Positions 36,282 to 46,591 are shown, counted from the first letter of the whole stretch. The stretch: 63,681 bases of DNA, filler included, from 17 parts of 17 records of this genome joined end to end with filler, not necessarily neighbours in it; one strand, 5' to 3'. Numbers and translations are program-made. The notes: a model not told the origin generated them from the sequence alone.

Positions 36282-39170
36282 TTAATTAGCCGTAGGCTTT
36301 TTAACCTTCAATTCATCGGGAGCATCTTTGGTATAAGTCTTAAATTGTGATTTGTAGTTTTTATCAAAAAGGGCTTTGATTTCTTTGATGTCAACTGAAC
36401 TAGCAGGATTGAATTGCGGAGAATTCATATAAGTTTTTAGACTATACAATAACTGACGAGCCACAAAACGTTTGTCGGGTTCTGAACTGAGGTCAGCGCT
36501 AGAAATAATCAGTTTACCTTTTCCAACTTTCGCTTCTAAGATTAAACCTAATTTACGATTCAAGAACCAAGTATCAATGGGCTGAACAATAGGACGGAAG
36601 CCCGCAGGGAAACTATCCAATAACATTACTTGCGAACGGTTTGTAATTTCCCACCATTGTAAATTACTGTGGTATTCCGTCGGGAAGTTTTGGAAAGCAG
36701 GATGAGTAGGCTCGCAAAGAAAACCCAAAGTGTGCGGAGGACGCATTTTGAACCAAGAAGTATTCCAGAAAACAGGTTGAAAATAATTTACAACTTCTTT
36801 CCCTTTTTCGATTTTACCCGCTGCTTCTAAGAATACTTTTCCACCATTGTGTAAAACCTCTTCTGCTTTGGCATCCAATTCTTTACAGAAGTAAATTTCA
36901 TCAGTATTAATCGTCGGAAGTTTTTCTGGATATACCCAAAACTCCCAATTATTCATAAAAGCAGTATTATCAATATGCACTTCGAAAACAAGTTTCTGCG
37001 CTTTTTGAATAGCATTTAAAGCAAAAGATACTTTTCCGATGTTAAAATTATTACCGATTGGAATATTGGTTTTATCAAATTTACCTTTCGCCAATACTTG
37101 TTTGTTTTCATCCAGAATTTGCCATGAAGCCAAGGCATTATTCAACACATCTTTGCCAAAATGATACATTTCAACATTTGCTTCGAAGCTCTCTGAGTTT
37201 TTATATACAAATTTTGGAATACGTGCCAAAGGAACAGTAGTATTACAGAATTGAGCAAATTCAGCTTGTGATATATATCCTTTTTCTTCCCAGAAAGAAT
37301 CCAGAATGCCAACCAAAGCTGTTCCCTGACCAGAGTAATCGTTCAAACCAAGCATTTGAATTCCTGCTGAAATGGGCGTGCGAAATGCCATTTCAATTTC
37401 AGTTTTATAACTCAAAGCCTGTAATTTCCCCGTAGCTAGAAAGAATTTTTCACCCAATTCTCCCATGTCTTTATCTTTCAAATCTTCTTGGAAAAGTTCA
37501 TAATTCTTGGCTTTGTAAACACCAGTATATTTACTAATTTCCTTGAAATTTGGAAAAACACACCATTGACCTAATTCGTGGGTTAGATACGGTACTTTAA
37601 AATCTTTTACTTTATCGGCAAAGTCCTCAGTACTGCTTGGAAGTTTATTCCAAGGCAAACCTCTTGGGCCAGATTTAATCATGTATTCATTGGATGGGAC
37701 TAAAGGCCAACTCATTGCTACTGATGCGCCAGTATATTTACGACGAGGGTCTTTAGTCTTCCAATAGTTTATGAATTTGGTTAGGTAATCTACTTGTTTG
37801 CCTCCTCTTGGTTCATTTCCATAAGCCAACATGCAAAAAGAAGCATAATTACCGTAAGCTTTTGCCATACGGTTGGTTTCATCCATGATAAATTGGTCGA
37901 TAGGATGCCCATCGCCTAAAGATGAACCATGATTCGCCCAACTTGGGCCTTCTGGTTGTAGATATATTCCCACTAAATCTGCTGCAATAAAAGCTGCCTC
38001 TGGCGGACAATACGAATGAAAACGGAAATGGTTTAAACCATAAGCTTTCGCTTTTCTAAAAACTTTTTCCCATGACGCTACGTCCATCGGAGCATAACCA
38101 GTTAATGGAAATTGGCAGTTTTCGACTGTTCCTCTTAAAAATATAGGGCGACCATTAATTTCAAAACGAGTACCTTTTATGGCAAAATCTCGCATTCCAA
38201 ACTGTACTTTCCTAGCAGATTGTACTTGTTTTTTAACAATGATTTCGGCAGATAGATGGTACAAGGCAGGGGAAAATTCATCCCAAGTTTGGAAGTCATC
38301 GCCCATCGGATAATCAATGGTGATACTTTTTTCTTGTCCATCTATCTGGAAATCAGATAAAATTAATTTTGGAGAGTGAGCTTTAATGCTGTTAAAACTT
38401 TTTGCAGAAAGCTTAATTTGTCCTTCAACAGGCTTTTGCAAAGAATTTTTTAATACGATTTTTACTTTCGCTAAATGATTTACCAAATCTGGATAAATCT
38501 GAATATCATCAAACCAGATTTTACTTTCGGCTTCTAGTTCTATTTTGCCAACAATACCGTTCCAGTTTCCTTGTGTGTGGTCGGTTAAACTATGTGAATC
38601 TTTCCCAACATTGATAGCCTTGATGCGATTATCAACACGAATTGAAATGGTATGCTTTCCTGTGGATAATTTATCCGTTAAATCAAAGGTTTGTGCAACG
38701 CACATTGAGTTTTCTAAACCAATTTCTTCATTATCTATCCATACTCTTGTTTCAGTATGCGGTCTTTCTAAAGTAAGAACAATGCGTTTGTTTGACCAAT
38801 TTTTAGGAACATCTATTGCTTTCTGGTACCATGCAGCACCTACATAATATTTTGCGGGTGTTAACCAAAAAGGGAATTTTAAATTTTCAGGAGTACGATA
38901 CTTTGCTAAATGTGGGTTGAAGTACCAAGAACTATCGTAAATACTGCCAGTCCACTGTGTATGAATCGTTACAGGACTTCCTTTGCCATTTTCTAGCATC
39001 GAACCCGGTAATTTGATGGTTTCAGAAAGTTTACTATTAAACCATTTATCTTTTACGCCAATGTCTGCTGAATCAATTTTGAATTGCCAATTTCCTGATA
39101 AAGAGATTTTTTGAGCATTGATTGTATTGCCAAACAACAAGCATAAAATAAATAAGTAATTTTTAATCAT
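36282..39170 (-). CDS. Glycoside hydrolase family 2 (secreted)
   Basis: Signal peptide; ISLSGNWQF; PIFLRGT; GLNHFRFHSYCPP; acid/base motif AYGNEP; 962 aa. Confidence 0.9.
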   Translation of the reverse strand: MIKNYLFILCLLFGNTINAQKISLSGNWQFKIDSADIGVKDKWFNSKLSETIKLPGSMLENGKGSPVTIHTQWTGSIYDSSWYFNPHLAKYRTPENLKFPFWLTPAKYYVGAAWYQKAIDVPKNWSNKRIVLTLERPHTETRVWIDNEEIGLENSMCVAQTFDLTDKLSTGKHTISIRVDNRIKAINVGKDSHSLTDHTQGNWNGIVGKIELEAESKIWFDDIQIYPDLVNHLAKVKIVLKNSLQKPVEGQIKLSAKSFNSIKAHSPKLILSDFQIDGQEKSITIDYPMGDDFQTWDEFSPALYHLSAEIIVKKQVQSARKVQFGMRDFAIKGTRFEINGRPIFLRGTVENCQFPLTGYAPMDVASWEKVFRKAKAYGLNHFRFHSYCPPEAAFIAADLVGIYLQPEGPSWANHGSSLGDGHPIDQFIMDETNRMAKAYGNYASFCMLAYGNEPRGGKQVDYLTKFINYWKTKDPRRKYTGASVAMSWPLVPSNEYMIKSGPRGLPWNKLPSSTEDFADKVKDFKVPYLTHELGQWCVFPNFKEISKYTGVYKAKNYELFQEDLKDKDMGELGEKFFLATGKLQALSYKTEIEMAFRTPISAGIQMLGLNDYSGQGTALVGILDSFWEEKGYISQAEFAQFCNTTVPLARIPKFVYKNSESFEANVEMYHFGKDVLNNALASWQILDENKQVLAKGKFDKTNIPIGNNFNIGKVSFALNAIQKAQKLVFEVHIDNTAFMNNWEFWVYPEKLPTINTDEIYFCKELDAKAEEVLHNGGKVFLEAAGKIEKGKEVVNYFQPVFWNTSWFKMRPPHTLGFLCEPTHPAFQNFPTEYHSNLQWWEITNRSQVMLLDSFPAGFRPIVQPIDTWFLNRKLGLILEAKVGKGKLIISSADLSSEPDKRFVARQLLYSLKTYMNSPQFNPASSVDIKEIKALFDKNYKSQFKTYTKDAPDELKVKKPTAN

Positions 39171-39220
39171 AAGCTTTTAAACGTTTTTTGGCAGTAAGAC
39201 TTTGCTCTTTTCGGATTAAG

Positions 39221-39252
39221 AAACCCTGCCGAACTTATCCTCAGCAGGGCTT
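39221..39252. repeat. REP-like/terminator-like hairpin in the GH2 leader
   Basis: CCCTGCCGA-acttatcc-TCAGCAGGG inverted repeat about 50 nt upstream of the GH2 start; followed by TTTCTT on the minus strand. Confidence 0.45.
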
Positions 39253-39438
39253 AGTCTTTACACCAAAAAATCTATTTTTATAATGTTGATATTAATTATT
39301 CCAATGCAAACAAGGTATCGGAACTTTTAAGTTTATGAATGAGTATTTTCTCTTATAAAGAAAATTTTGAGAGTGACAATTTGTGAATATTCTTATAATT
39401 CGAAAATAATTTTCTGAAAAAATATTTATTTTCTTTTG

Positions 39439-39469
39439 CAAATATAAACTGTATAAATTTGATAACAAA
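39439..39469 (-). promoter_or_regulatory. Bacteroidota housekeeping-sigma promoter for GH2
   Basis: Minus strand TTTG (39466-39469), a 19-nt spacer, then TATATTTG (39439-39446), matching the -33/-7 consensus. An overlapping TAAATTTG lies on + at 39454-39461. Confidence 0.6.
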
Positions 39470-39669
39470 TATTGATTATCAAAGAAATTATACTGTCCTG
39501 TGCCTTCCTGTTATAGCCTTTTAGCTATATTGCTGGTGTTTTATGTTGATTTTTTTGGTGTTTTTATAATTGTATTTTTCTGATAAATCAAAAAAATGAA
39601 AATTGTTTTTTTGATTTACTTTTTTGAAAATTTTGTATTAGAAAAGTGCAAGGATTTTTTATGTCATCG

Positions 39670-39690
39670 TTATCGGGAACGTTGCCATAA
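39670..39690. promoter_or_regulatory. LacI-family operator-like palindrome
   Basis: TTATCGGGAACGTTGCCATAA has a CG-centred GGnAACGTTnCC core and lies in the divergent intergenic region. Confidence 0.55.
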
Positions 39691-39997
39691 AAAATCAAAT
39701 ATTGTATTTCCATGAAAATTCTCTTAAGAGGAAGTGCTATGCTTTTTACAGAAGAGAAATGCTTAGCTGTATTTTACCGGTATCATTCATAAAGTGGTTT
39801 TCTTCAACAGCTTGAAAAATAATTTCAATAATTTTTCGGTCAATTCTGGAAAAACTGGTAAAAACAATTTTTTCATTCAGAAAAGCACTTTTTAAAAAGT
39901 TATATAATTTCAAAAAATACTACCAAACGCATGACATCACAGGACGCCTCAGGTAAGTACTTAATTTTTCTTTGCAATAAATAACAAACCATATTTG

Positions 39998-42835
39998 ATG
40001 AAACAGCATAAATCAACGAAAGCTTTTCAGACGCTTTTACTTTTATCAATTTCTTGTTCTTTGAGTTTCGGACAAGCAAAATGGAAACCTATTACACAGC
40101 AATCCAAACCGTGGTCACGTTGGTGGTGGGAAGGTAACTCAGTAAATCCCAAAGATTTAACTTACAATATGGAAACCTACCAAAAAGCAGGTTTGGGAGG
40201 TTTAGAAATTACGCCAATCTATGGTGTGAAAGGTCAAGAAGCGAATTTTATAGATTTTCTTTCGCCGAAATGGGTAGAAATGTTCAAGCATACTTTGAAT
40301 GAAGGTACTCGTTTGGGCTTGGGTATCGACCTTGCCAATGCTTCGGGCTGGCCTTTTGGCGGACGCTGGGTAACACCAGAAGACGCTTGTAAGAACGTGA
40401 ATTTCAAAACGTATCAATTGAAAGAAGGAGAAAAACTTTCAGAAGTAATTTCATTTCAGCAAAGTCCATTGTTAAGATATGTTTTGCCGAAAAAGACAGA
40501 TATTTCAGCCTTGAAATATCCAGTTTCGAAGAATGAGAATCTTCAAGAATTGGCAATCGACCAAATTAAATACGAAAAACCTTTGCCTTTACAAACGCTG
40601 ATGGCGTATTCTGACAAAGGAGATGTGATTAATCTGACAGACAAAGTAAGTGCGATGGGACAATTGAATTGGGAAGCTCCCAAGGGAAATTGGACATTGT
40701 ATGCCATCTTCCAAGGTTGGCATGGCAAAATGGTAGAACGTGCTGGTCCTGGTGGAGAAGGTGATGTAATCGACCATTTTTCAGAAAAAGCGATTCAGAA
40801 TTACTTAAAAGAATTTGATAAAGCTTTCGCTAAAACGGATGTTTCAAGCATGCGTGCTTTTTTTAATGATTCTTACGAAGTAGATGACGCTCGTGGTCAG
40901 TCGGACTGGACGGAAGATTTATTCAAAGAATTTCAGCAAAGAAGAGGTTATGATTTGAGAAATTACTTGCCAAATCTTTTTAGCAAAGAAAATACAGATT
41001 TAAACCACAGAGTATTATTCGATTATAGAACTACGATTGGTGATTTAATTCTAGAAAAATACACAGGAGAATGGGCAAAATGGGCGCATGGACGTGGTAA
41101 AATTGTTAGAAATCAAGCTCACGGTTCGCCTGCGAATACTTTAGATTTATACGGATTGGTGGATATTCCTGAAATTGAAGGAACAGATTTGTTGAGAATC
41201 AAATTTGCTTCTTCGGCTTCCAATGTTTTGGGTAAAAAATTAACTTCTTCGGAATCAGCTACTTGGGAAAACGAACATTTCCTTTCTTCATTAAGTGATG
41301 TTAAAAAAGCGCTAGATTTATTTTTGGTCGGTGGCGTTAACCATATTTTTTATCACGGAATAAATTACTCTCCTAAAAATGAGGCTTTTCCGGGTTGGTT
41401 ATTTTATGCAGCGGTGCATTTTACGCCTCATAATCCTTTCTGGAAAAACTTTTCGACCTTGAATAATTATGTAGCTCGTACACAAACCTTTTTGCAAGAC
41501 AGTAAACCGAATAACGATGTTTTGTTGTACTTCCCGATTACTGACCGACTCACAGAACCTTCTCACAAAGGTTTATTAGAACATTTTGATGGAGTAACGC
41601 CAGAATTTAACGGAACTGATTTTAAAGAAGTTGCGCAGAAAATGATTGACCGTGGTTATGGTTTTGATTTTATTTCGGATAAACAAATTGCGAATCTGAA
41701 AACGCAACATCAGCAAATTATTACGGGTGGTGTTGCCTACAAAACAGTATTGCTTGCGGAGAGCGAGCAAGTACCTTTAGAGACTTTAGAGAAATTAGTA
41801 CAATTAGCAAAAGCTGGAGCAACGATAATTGTGCATCATAAATTACCTGCTGATGTACCAGGTTTAGGGAATTTGGATGAACGAAGAGCAAAATTTAAGG
41901 CACTTTTGGCTCAATTGAATTTTGTGAAAGTGAATGCTAAAGTAAATCAGGCGAAAGTTGGAGAAGGGTCATTCTTATTAGGAGAAGATTTAGACGAATT
42001 GATGATTTATTCTAAAATCTACCGTGAAACTATGACCGACAAAGGTTTACAATTCGTTAGAAAAATTGCTACAAAAGGAAATTATTACTTTATCAATAAT
42101 AAATCTGGGCAGGCATTTGAAGGCTGGGTGAAATTGGAAGTAGAGGCGAAATCAGTTGCTTTGTACAATCCAATGACAGAAGTTTTAGGAATGGCAAAAG
42201 TGAAGAACAATGAAGTATATCTGCAATTGTCTGTAGGGGAATCGTGCATTATTGAAACATTTAAAACAGTAGAAAAAGGTGCAACTTATCCTTATTGGAA
42301 AGCAAGCAAAGAAGCCGAAGAATTAAAAGGTAATTGGAAAATCTCTTTTATTGACGGTGGACCAACTTTGCCAAAAGTACTTGAAACCAAAGATTTAGGT
42401 TCGTGGACAAATGCTGGAAATGCTTATCAAGATTTTTCTGGAACGGCATTGTATCAATTGAATTTTGCAAAACCTAAAACTAATGCACAAGGCTATTGGT
42501 TAGATTTAGGTAAAGTTGCTGAAAGTGCATCGGTGACATTGAACGGAAAATATTTGGCTACTTTATTAGGACCAACGTTCAAAGTTTTTGTACCCAATAC
42601 TTTATTGAAAGCACAAAATGATTTAGCGATAAAAGTCTCTAATTCAATGGCAAACAGAGTAATTGCTTTAGAAAAAGAAGGCACTGTTTGGCAGAAATTT
42701 TATAATATCAACGTCTCGGCAAGATTGAAACAAAATGTAGGAAAAGAAGGCTATTTTACAACTAAAAACTGGACTCCGAAAGAATCAGGTTTATTAGAAA
42801 AAGTAACTTTAACACCTGTAGAGGTTTTGAAATAG
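39998..42835 (+). CDS. GH106 alpha-L-rhamnosidase-like protein (secreted)
   Basis: Signal peptide; KPWSRWWWEGN, GLGGLEITPIYG, GWPFGG, FFNDSYEV, RNQAHGSP; C-terminal WLDLGKVAESA sugar-binding domain. Confidence 0.88.
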   Translation: MKQHKSTKAFQTLLLLSISCSLSFGQAKWKPITQQSKPWSRWWWEGNSVNPKDLTYNMETYQKAGLGGLEITPIYGVKGQEANFIDFLSPKWVEMFKHTLNEGTRLGLGIDLANASGWPFGGRWVTPEDACKNVNFKTYQLKEGEKLSEVISFQQSPLLRYVLPKKTDISALKYPVSKNENLQELAIDQIKYEKPLPLQTLMAYSDKGDVINLTDKVSAMGQLNWEAPKGNWTLYAIFQGWHGKMVERAGPGGEGDVIDHFSEKAIQNYLKEFDKAFAKTDVSSMRAFFNDSYEVDDARGQSDWTEDLFKEFQQRRGYDLRNYLPNLFSKENTDLNHRVLFDYRTTIGDLILEKYTGEWAKWAHGRGKIVRNQAHGSPANTLDLYGLVDIPEIEGTDLLRIKFASSASNVLGKKLTSSESATWENEHFLSSLSDVKKALDLFLVGGVNHIFYHGINYSPKNEAFPGWLFYAAVHFTPHNPFWKNFSTLNNYVARTQTFLQDSKPNNDVLLYFPITDRLTEPSHKGLLEHFDGVTPEFNGTDFKEVAQKMIDRGYGFDFISDKQIANLKTQHQQIITGGVAYKTVLLAESEQVPLETLEKLVQLAKAGATIIVHHKLPADVPGLGNLDERRAKFKALLAQLNFVKVNAKVNQAKVGEGSFLLGEDLDELMIYSKIYRETMTDKGLQFVRKIATKGNYYFINNKSGQAFEGWVKLEVEAKSVALYNPMTEVLGMAKVKNNEVYLQLSVGESCIIETFKTVEKGATYPYWKASKEAEELKGNWKISFIDGGPTLPKVLETKDLGSWTNAGNAYQDFSGTALYQLNFAKPKTNAQGYWLDLGKVAESASVTLNGKYLATLLGPTFKVFVPNTLLKAQNDLAIKVSNSMANRVIALEKEGTVWQKFYNINVSARLKQNVGKEGYFTTKNWTPKESGLLEKVTLTPVEVLK

Positions 42836-42912
42836 AAGCTTGAAAATGGAGAGACGTTGAATGAATAGTGAATTTTCAACCATTTTATTCATACTTAAAT
42901 AACAAAACAATC

Positions 42913-43689
42913 ATGTTAAAACGTCTTTCCATTTTCGCCATTTATTTGTTTATCGCCACTTTTGCGAACATTACTTTTGCCAAATCACAGCCAGAATACT
43001 ACGAAACTAGAGTATATAGTTTCAAAACGCTAGAGCAGAAAAAAGTAGTTGAAGATTATTTTAAAGACGCTGCTATTCCTGCTTTTAACCGATTGGGAAT
43101 CAATTCAGTAGGTGTATTCAACGAAGCTGACCAAAAAGATGGAATAAAATTATATATTTTGATTCCCTACAAATCTTTAGAACAATTCAGTAAAATAGGC
43201 AGTAAACTGGCTTCTGATGCTGTGTATCAACAAGCGGCAAAAGCCTATTTAGATGCTAATTTCGCTACGCCAGCCTATGAACGTTACGAAAGCTCGCTTT
43301 CAGTTGCTTTTAAAGATTGGACAAAATTGAAAGTGCCAACTACATCAGCTCCAAAATCTGAAAGAGTATATGAATATCGTTTGTACGAAAGTCATAGTGA
43401 AGTAAAAGGATTGAGTAAAATTCACATGTTCAACGAAGGTGGCGAAATTAACATTTTTGTACGATTGGGTTTCAATCCAGTGTTTTATGCGCAAACTATC
43501 ATCGGTGGAAAACAGCCCAATTTGGTGTATATGACTACTTTTGATAACAAAGCGTCGAGAGATGAACATTGGAAAGCATTCGGAGCAGATTCAGAATGGA
43601 ACCGTATTAAAGTACTTCCAGAATACGACCATGCGATGACCAAAGCCGAAATCCATTTCTTGACACCAACAGATTTTTCACAAATTTAA
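42913..43689 (+). CDS. Secreted tandem NIPSNAP-family protein
   Basis: Signal peptide, then two repeats beginning YYETRVY and VYEYRLYESHSE; KIHMFNEGGEI; PNLVYM..RDEHWKAF; LTPTDFSQI. Confidence 0.85.
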   Translation: MLKRLSIFAIYLFIATFANITFAKSQPEYYETRVYSFKTLEQKKVVEDYFKDAAIPAFNRLGINSVGVFNEADQKDGIKLYILIPYKSLEQFSKIGSKLASDAVYQQAAKAYLDANFATPAYERYESSLSVAFKDWTKLKVPTTSAPKSERVYEYRLYESHSEVKGLSKIHMFNEGGEINIFVRLGFNPVFYAQTIIGGKQPNLVYMTTFDNKASRDEHWKAFGADSEWNRIKVLPEYDHAMTKAEIHFLTPTDFSQI

Positions 43690-43691
43690 GG

Positions 43692-43817
43692 GTGAGTTTA
43701 TAAGTCTATGAGTTTAAAGTTTATGAGTATAAATCGTAGATAAAGTGTAAGAAGAATAATCTCATAAACATTGAACTAATAGACTCATAAACGCTAAACT
43801 CATAAACATTAAACTCA
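43692..43817. repeat. Imperfect inverted repeat built from ~7-nt units
   Basis: Left arm contains GTTTATGAG-type units; right arm contains CTCATAAAC x3 (the reverse complement). Confidence 0.7.
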
Positions 43818-43821
43818 AAAA

Positions 43822-44136
43822 ATGCAGGAAATCGCTTTTACGATGAAGCTCAAAAAAGGATTTGAGCAAGAATACAAAAAACGCCATGATGAAATTTGGC
43901 CAGAATTGTCTGAACTATTAGTAAAATCTGGAATCACTGAATACGCAATTTATTTGGATGAAGCTTCAGGAATTTTGTTTGCTGTTCAGAAAAGAGTAGA
44001 TAACCATACGCTTGACGAATTACCACAAACTGGAATTATGAAAAAATGGTGGGCATTTATGGGCGATATTATGGATACTAATCCAGATAATTCTCCAGTA
44101 GTAAAAGATTTATCTTGCGTGTATAGAATGGCTTAA
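43822..44136 (+). CDS. rhaM: L-rhamnose mutarotase
   Basis: IAFTMKLKKG..EYKKRHDEIWPEL..GITEYAIYLD..IMKKWWAFMGDIMDTNPDNSP; 104 aa. Confidence 0.96.
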   Translation: MQEIAFTMKLKKGFEQEYKKRHDEIWPELSELLVKSGITEYAIYLDEASGILFAVQKRVDNHTLDELPQTGIMKKWWAFMGDIMDTNPDNSPVVKDLSCVYRMA

Positions 44137-44153
44137 TCGCTAGATTTAATTAG

Positions 44154-44212
44154 AAAAGCACAGATTTAAGGATGGTCAATGTCAAGATTGATGACTTAAT
44201 CTGTGCTTTTTT
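44154..44212 (+). terminator. Long hairpin with T-tract after rhaM
   Basis: AAAAGCACAGATTTAAG...CTTAATCTGTGCTTTTTT. Confidence 0.7.
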
Positions 44213-44316
44213 GATGCTTAAATTCGATTGATATTAAAAGATAGAAAACCTTAAAATTAGCTGAAAAATATTATTTTAAATTGATAATTCATCCATCACT
44301 CTCAACTATTCATTGT

Positions 44317-46455
44317 ATGAAAAATATTAGATTATTACTATTTTCCCTTGCCTCATTTTTTGTGCAAGACACTTTTGCACAAAGTAAAATCAACCGTAAA
44401 GCTTTGGTAGAACGCCACACGGTTGTAGTTAATAAAATTGATACTTTGGCTTCATTGTCAGTTGGTAATGGTGCTTTCGCTTTTACGACTGACGTTACTG
44501 GTTTGCAGACTTTCCCCGATTTTTATGCTAAAGGAATTTCTTTAGGTACACAGTCGGTTTGGGGTTGGCATCGTTATCCGAATACAGAGAATTATAAAAT
44601 TGAGGAAACGTTGAAAGAAATCAATTCGCATGGCAGAAAAGTACCTTATGCCGTTCAAGCTTCAAACAGCGAAAGAGCGAAAGCAGCTAATAATTTCCTT
44701 CGCCAAAATCCACATCGTTTACAATTAGGAAATCTTGGTTTTGAATTGTTCAAAAAAGATGGTTCAAAAGTAAATCCACAAGATTTAACTAATATTCACC
44801 AAACTTTAAATGCTTACACAGGCGAAATTACCAGTCAATTTTCGGTAGAAGGCTTTCCTGTAAAAGTAATTACAGTGGCGCATCAACAAAAAGATTTGAT
44901 TTCGGTAAAAGTACAATCTGAATTATTGAAAACTGGTCAGTTGAAGTATCGTTTACGTTTTCCGTATCCAACCAATCAATTTACAGATGAAGGGAATAAT
45001 TGGAAAAATGCCGATAAACACCAGTCATCGGTCGTAATTGCTAGCGAAAAATCTTTTGTTTTTAAGCATCAGTTAAACGATACTGAATATTTTGTGAAAA
45101 TCGAGAGTAATCAAGATTCAAAGGTATTACAAAGTGAAGCGCACTATTTTGTGCTGAGTCCAGATACGAAAGAAAGCACTTTGGAATTCAGCGTTATGTT
45201 CTCTGAAAAAATCTCAAAAGAAAGTATTCCAAATTTTACTAACACTTTATTGAGTACAAAAACGGCTTGGAAAACTTTTTGGAGTAATGGTGCTGCGGTT
45301 GACTTTGCTGGAAGTACCGATCCACGTGCAAAAGAGTTGGAGCGAAGAATTATTTTATCGCAATATCTTACCAAAATACAATGTGCGAATAACGAGCCAC
45401 CACAAGAAACAGGTTTAACTTATAATTCTTGGTTCGGAAAGCCACATTTAGAAATGCACTGGTGGCATGGCGTTCATTTTGCTTTGTGGAATCGTACTGA
45501 TTTACTTGAAAAAAGTATGAGTTGGTACAGAAAAGTAGAACCAGAAGCTAAAATCATTGCAGAAAGACAAGGCTTTGAAGGTGTTCGTTGGCAAAAAATG
45601 ACTGACCCAGATGGAAAAGAAGCACCTTCGTCGGTGGGGGCATATTTACTTTGGCAACAGCCACATTTTATTACTTTCGCTGAGTTGGCTTATCGTAAAC
45701 ATCAAAACAAAGCGACTTTAGAAAAGTACAAAGAACTTGTATTTAAAACAGCCGAATTTATGGCTTCTTACGCTTACTTCGACCCAGAAAAGGGAAGATA
45801 TATTTTGGGTAAAGGTGTAATTCCTGCTCAAGAGCGTTTTAAACCTGAAGATACTTTTAACCCGACTTATGAATTGGCTTATTGGCAATGGGCTTTATCA
45901 ACTGCGCAAATTTGGCGTGAACGTTCGGGTTTAAAAAGAAATGAAAAATGGGATGATGTTTTGAAAAAACTATCGCCTTTGCCTGTACAAGATGGCGTTT
46001 ATTTGGCTACAGAAAATGCGACAGATTCTTATACGAATCCAGTGTTTTTAACAGACCATCCAAGTGTATTAGGTACTTTCGGAATGTTGCCAGAAAGTAA
46101 AATGCTTGATAAAAAAATCATGCAAGATACTTTTGATAAAATCTGGAAAATTTGGCATTGGGATGATACTTGGGGTTGGGATTTCCCGATGGTTGCGATG
46201 ACTGCCACTCGATTAAACCAACCAGAAAAAGCGATTGACGCTTTGATGATGGACATTAGAACCAACACGTATTTACCTAACGGACATAATTTTCAAGACG
46301 CTCGTTTGCGTTTGTATTTACCCGGAAATGGGGGATTATTAGCAGCAGTAGCGATGATGTGTGGAGGCTATGATGGATGTAAAACGATTAATCCAGGGAT
46401 TCCTAAAAATGGAAAATGGAAAGTGCGCTGGGAAGGATTTAGAAGGGTTTTTTAA
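44317..46455 (+). CDS. Secreted six-hairpin glycoside hydrolase, GH142-like (RG-II beta-L-arabinofuranosidase type; often labelled GH65-like)
   Basis: Signal peptide; INRKALVERH..LSVGNGAFAFTTDVTGLQTFP; PPQETGL..WFGKPHLEMHWWH; TWGWDFPM; YLPGNGGLL. The family assignment is from memory. Confidence 0.6.
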   Translation: MKNIRLLLFSLASFFVQDTFAQSKINRKALVERHTVVVNKIDTLASLSVGNGAFAFTTDVTGLQTFPDFYAKGISLGTQSVWGWHRYPNTENYKIEETLKEINSHGRKVPYAVQASNSERAKAANNFLRQNPHRLQLGNLGFELFKKDGSKVNPQDLTNIHQTLNAYTGEITSQFSVEGFPVKVITVAHQQKDLISVKVQSELLKTGQLKYRLRFPYPTNQFTDEGNNWKNADKHQSSVVIASEKSFVFKHQLNDTEYFVKIESNQDSKVLQSEAHYFVLSPDTKESTLEFSVMFSEKISKESIPNFTNTLLSTKTAWKTFWSNGAAVDFAGSTDPRAKELERRIILSQYLTKIQCANNEPPQETGLTYNSWFGKPHLEMHWWHGVHFALWNRTDLLEKSMSWYRKVEPEAKIIAERQGFEGVRWQKMTDPDGKEAPSSVGAYLLWQQPHFITFAELAYRKHQNKATLEKYKELVFKTAEFMASYAYFDPEKGRYILGKGVIPAQERFKPEDTFNPTYELAYWQWALSTAQIWRERSGLKRNEKWDDVLKKLSPLPVQDGVYLATENATDSYTNPVFLTDHPSVLGTFGMLPESKMLDKKIMQDTFDKIWKIWHWDDTWGWDFPMVAMTATRLNQPEKAIDALMMDIRTNTYLPNGHNFQDARLRLYLPGNGGLLAAVAMMCGGYDGCKTINPGIPKNGKWKVRWEGFRRVF

Positions 46456-46591
46456 TGCGTAGTGCGTAATGATGAATGCTTAATGATAAGTGCTTAGTGT
46501 TCAAGCGTGATTATCGTAGTACATAAAGAGATTAATTTCTCAAAACATTAATACCTATTAAATTACGCACTACGCATTCATCATTACGCAT
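46454..46591. repeat. Inverted repeat of heptamer-like units after the GH gene
   Basis: AATGCGTAGTGCGTAAT near 46454 and its exact reverse complement ATTACGCACTACGCATT near 46562. Confidence 0.75.

Larger units (their letters stand above)
36029..46591. other. Bacterial contig (Bacteroidota, Cytophagales-like): rhamnose/RG-II glycan utilisation locus
   Basis: AT-rich, intronless and gene-dense, with signal peptides, a TAnnTTTG promoter and A/T-rich starts lacking a Shine-Dalgarno site. Confidence 0.95.

Noticed and set aside
36029-46591. Horizontal transfer of a CAZyme cluster into the eukaryote
   Set aside because: It is a separate contig with fully bacterial signals and no junction to host DNA.
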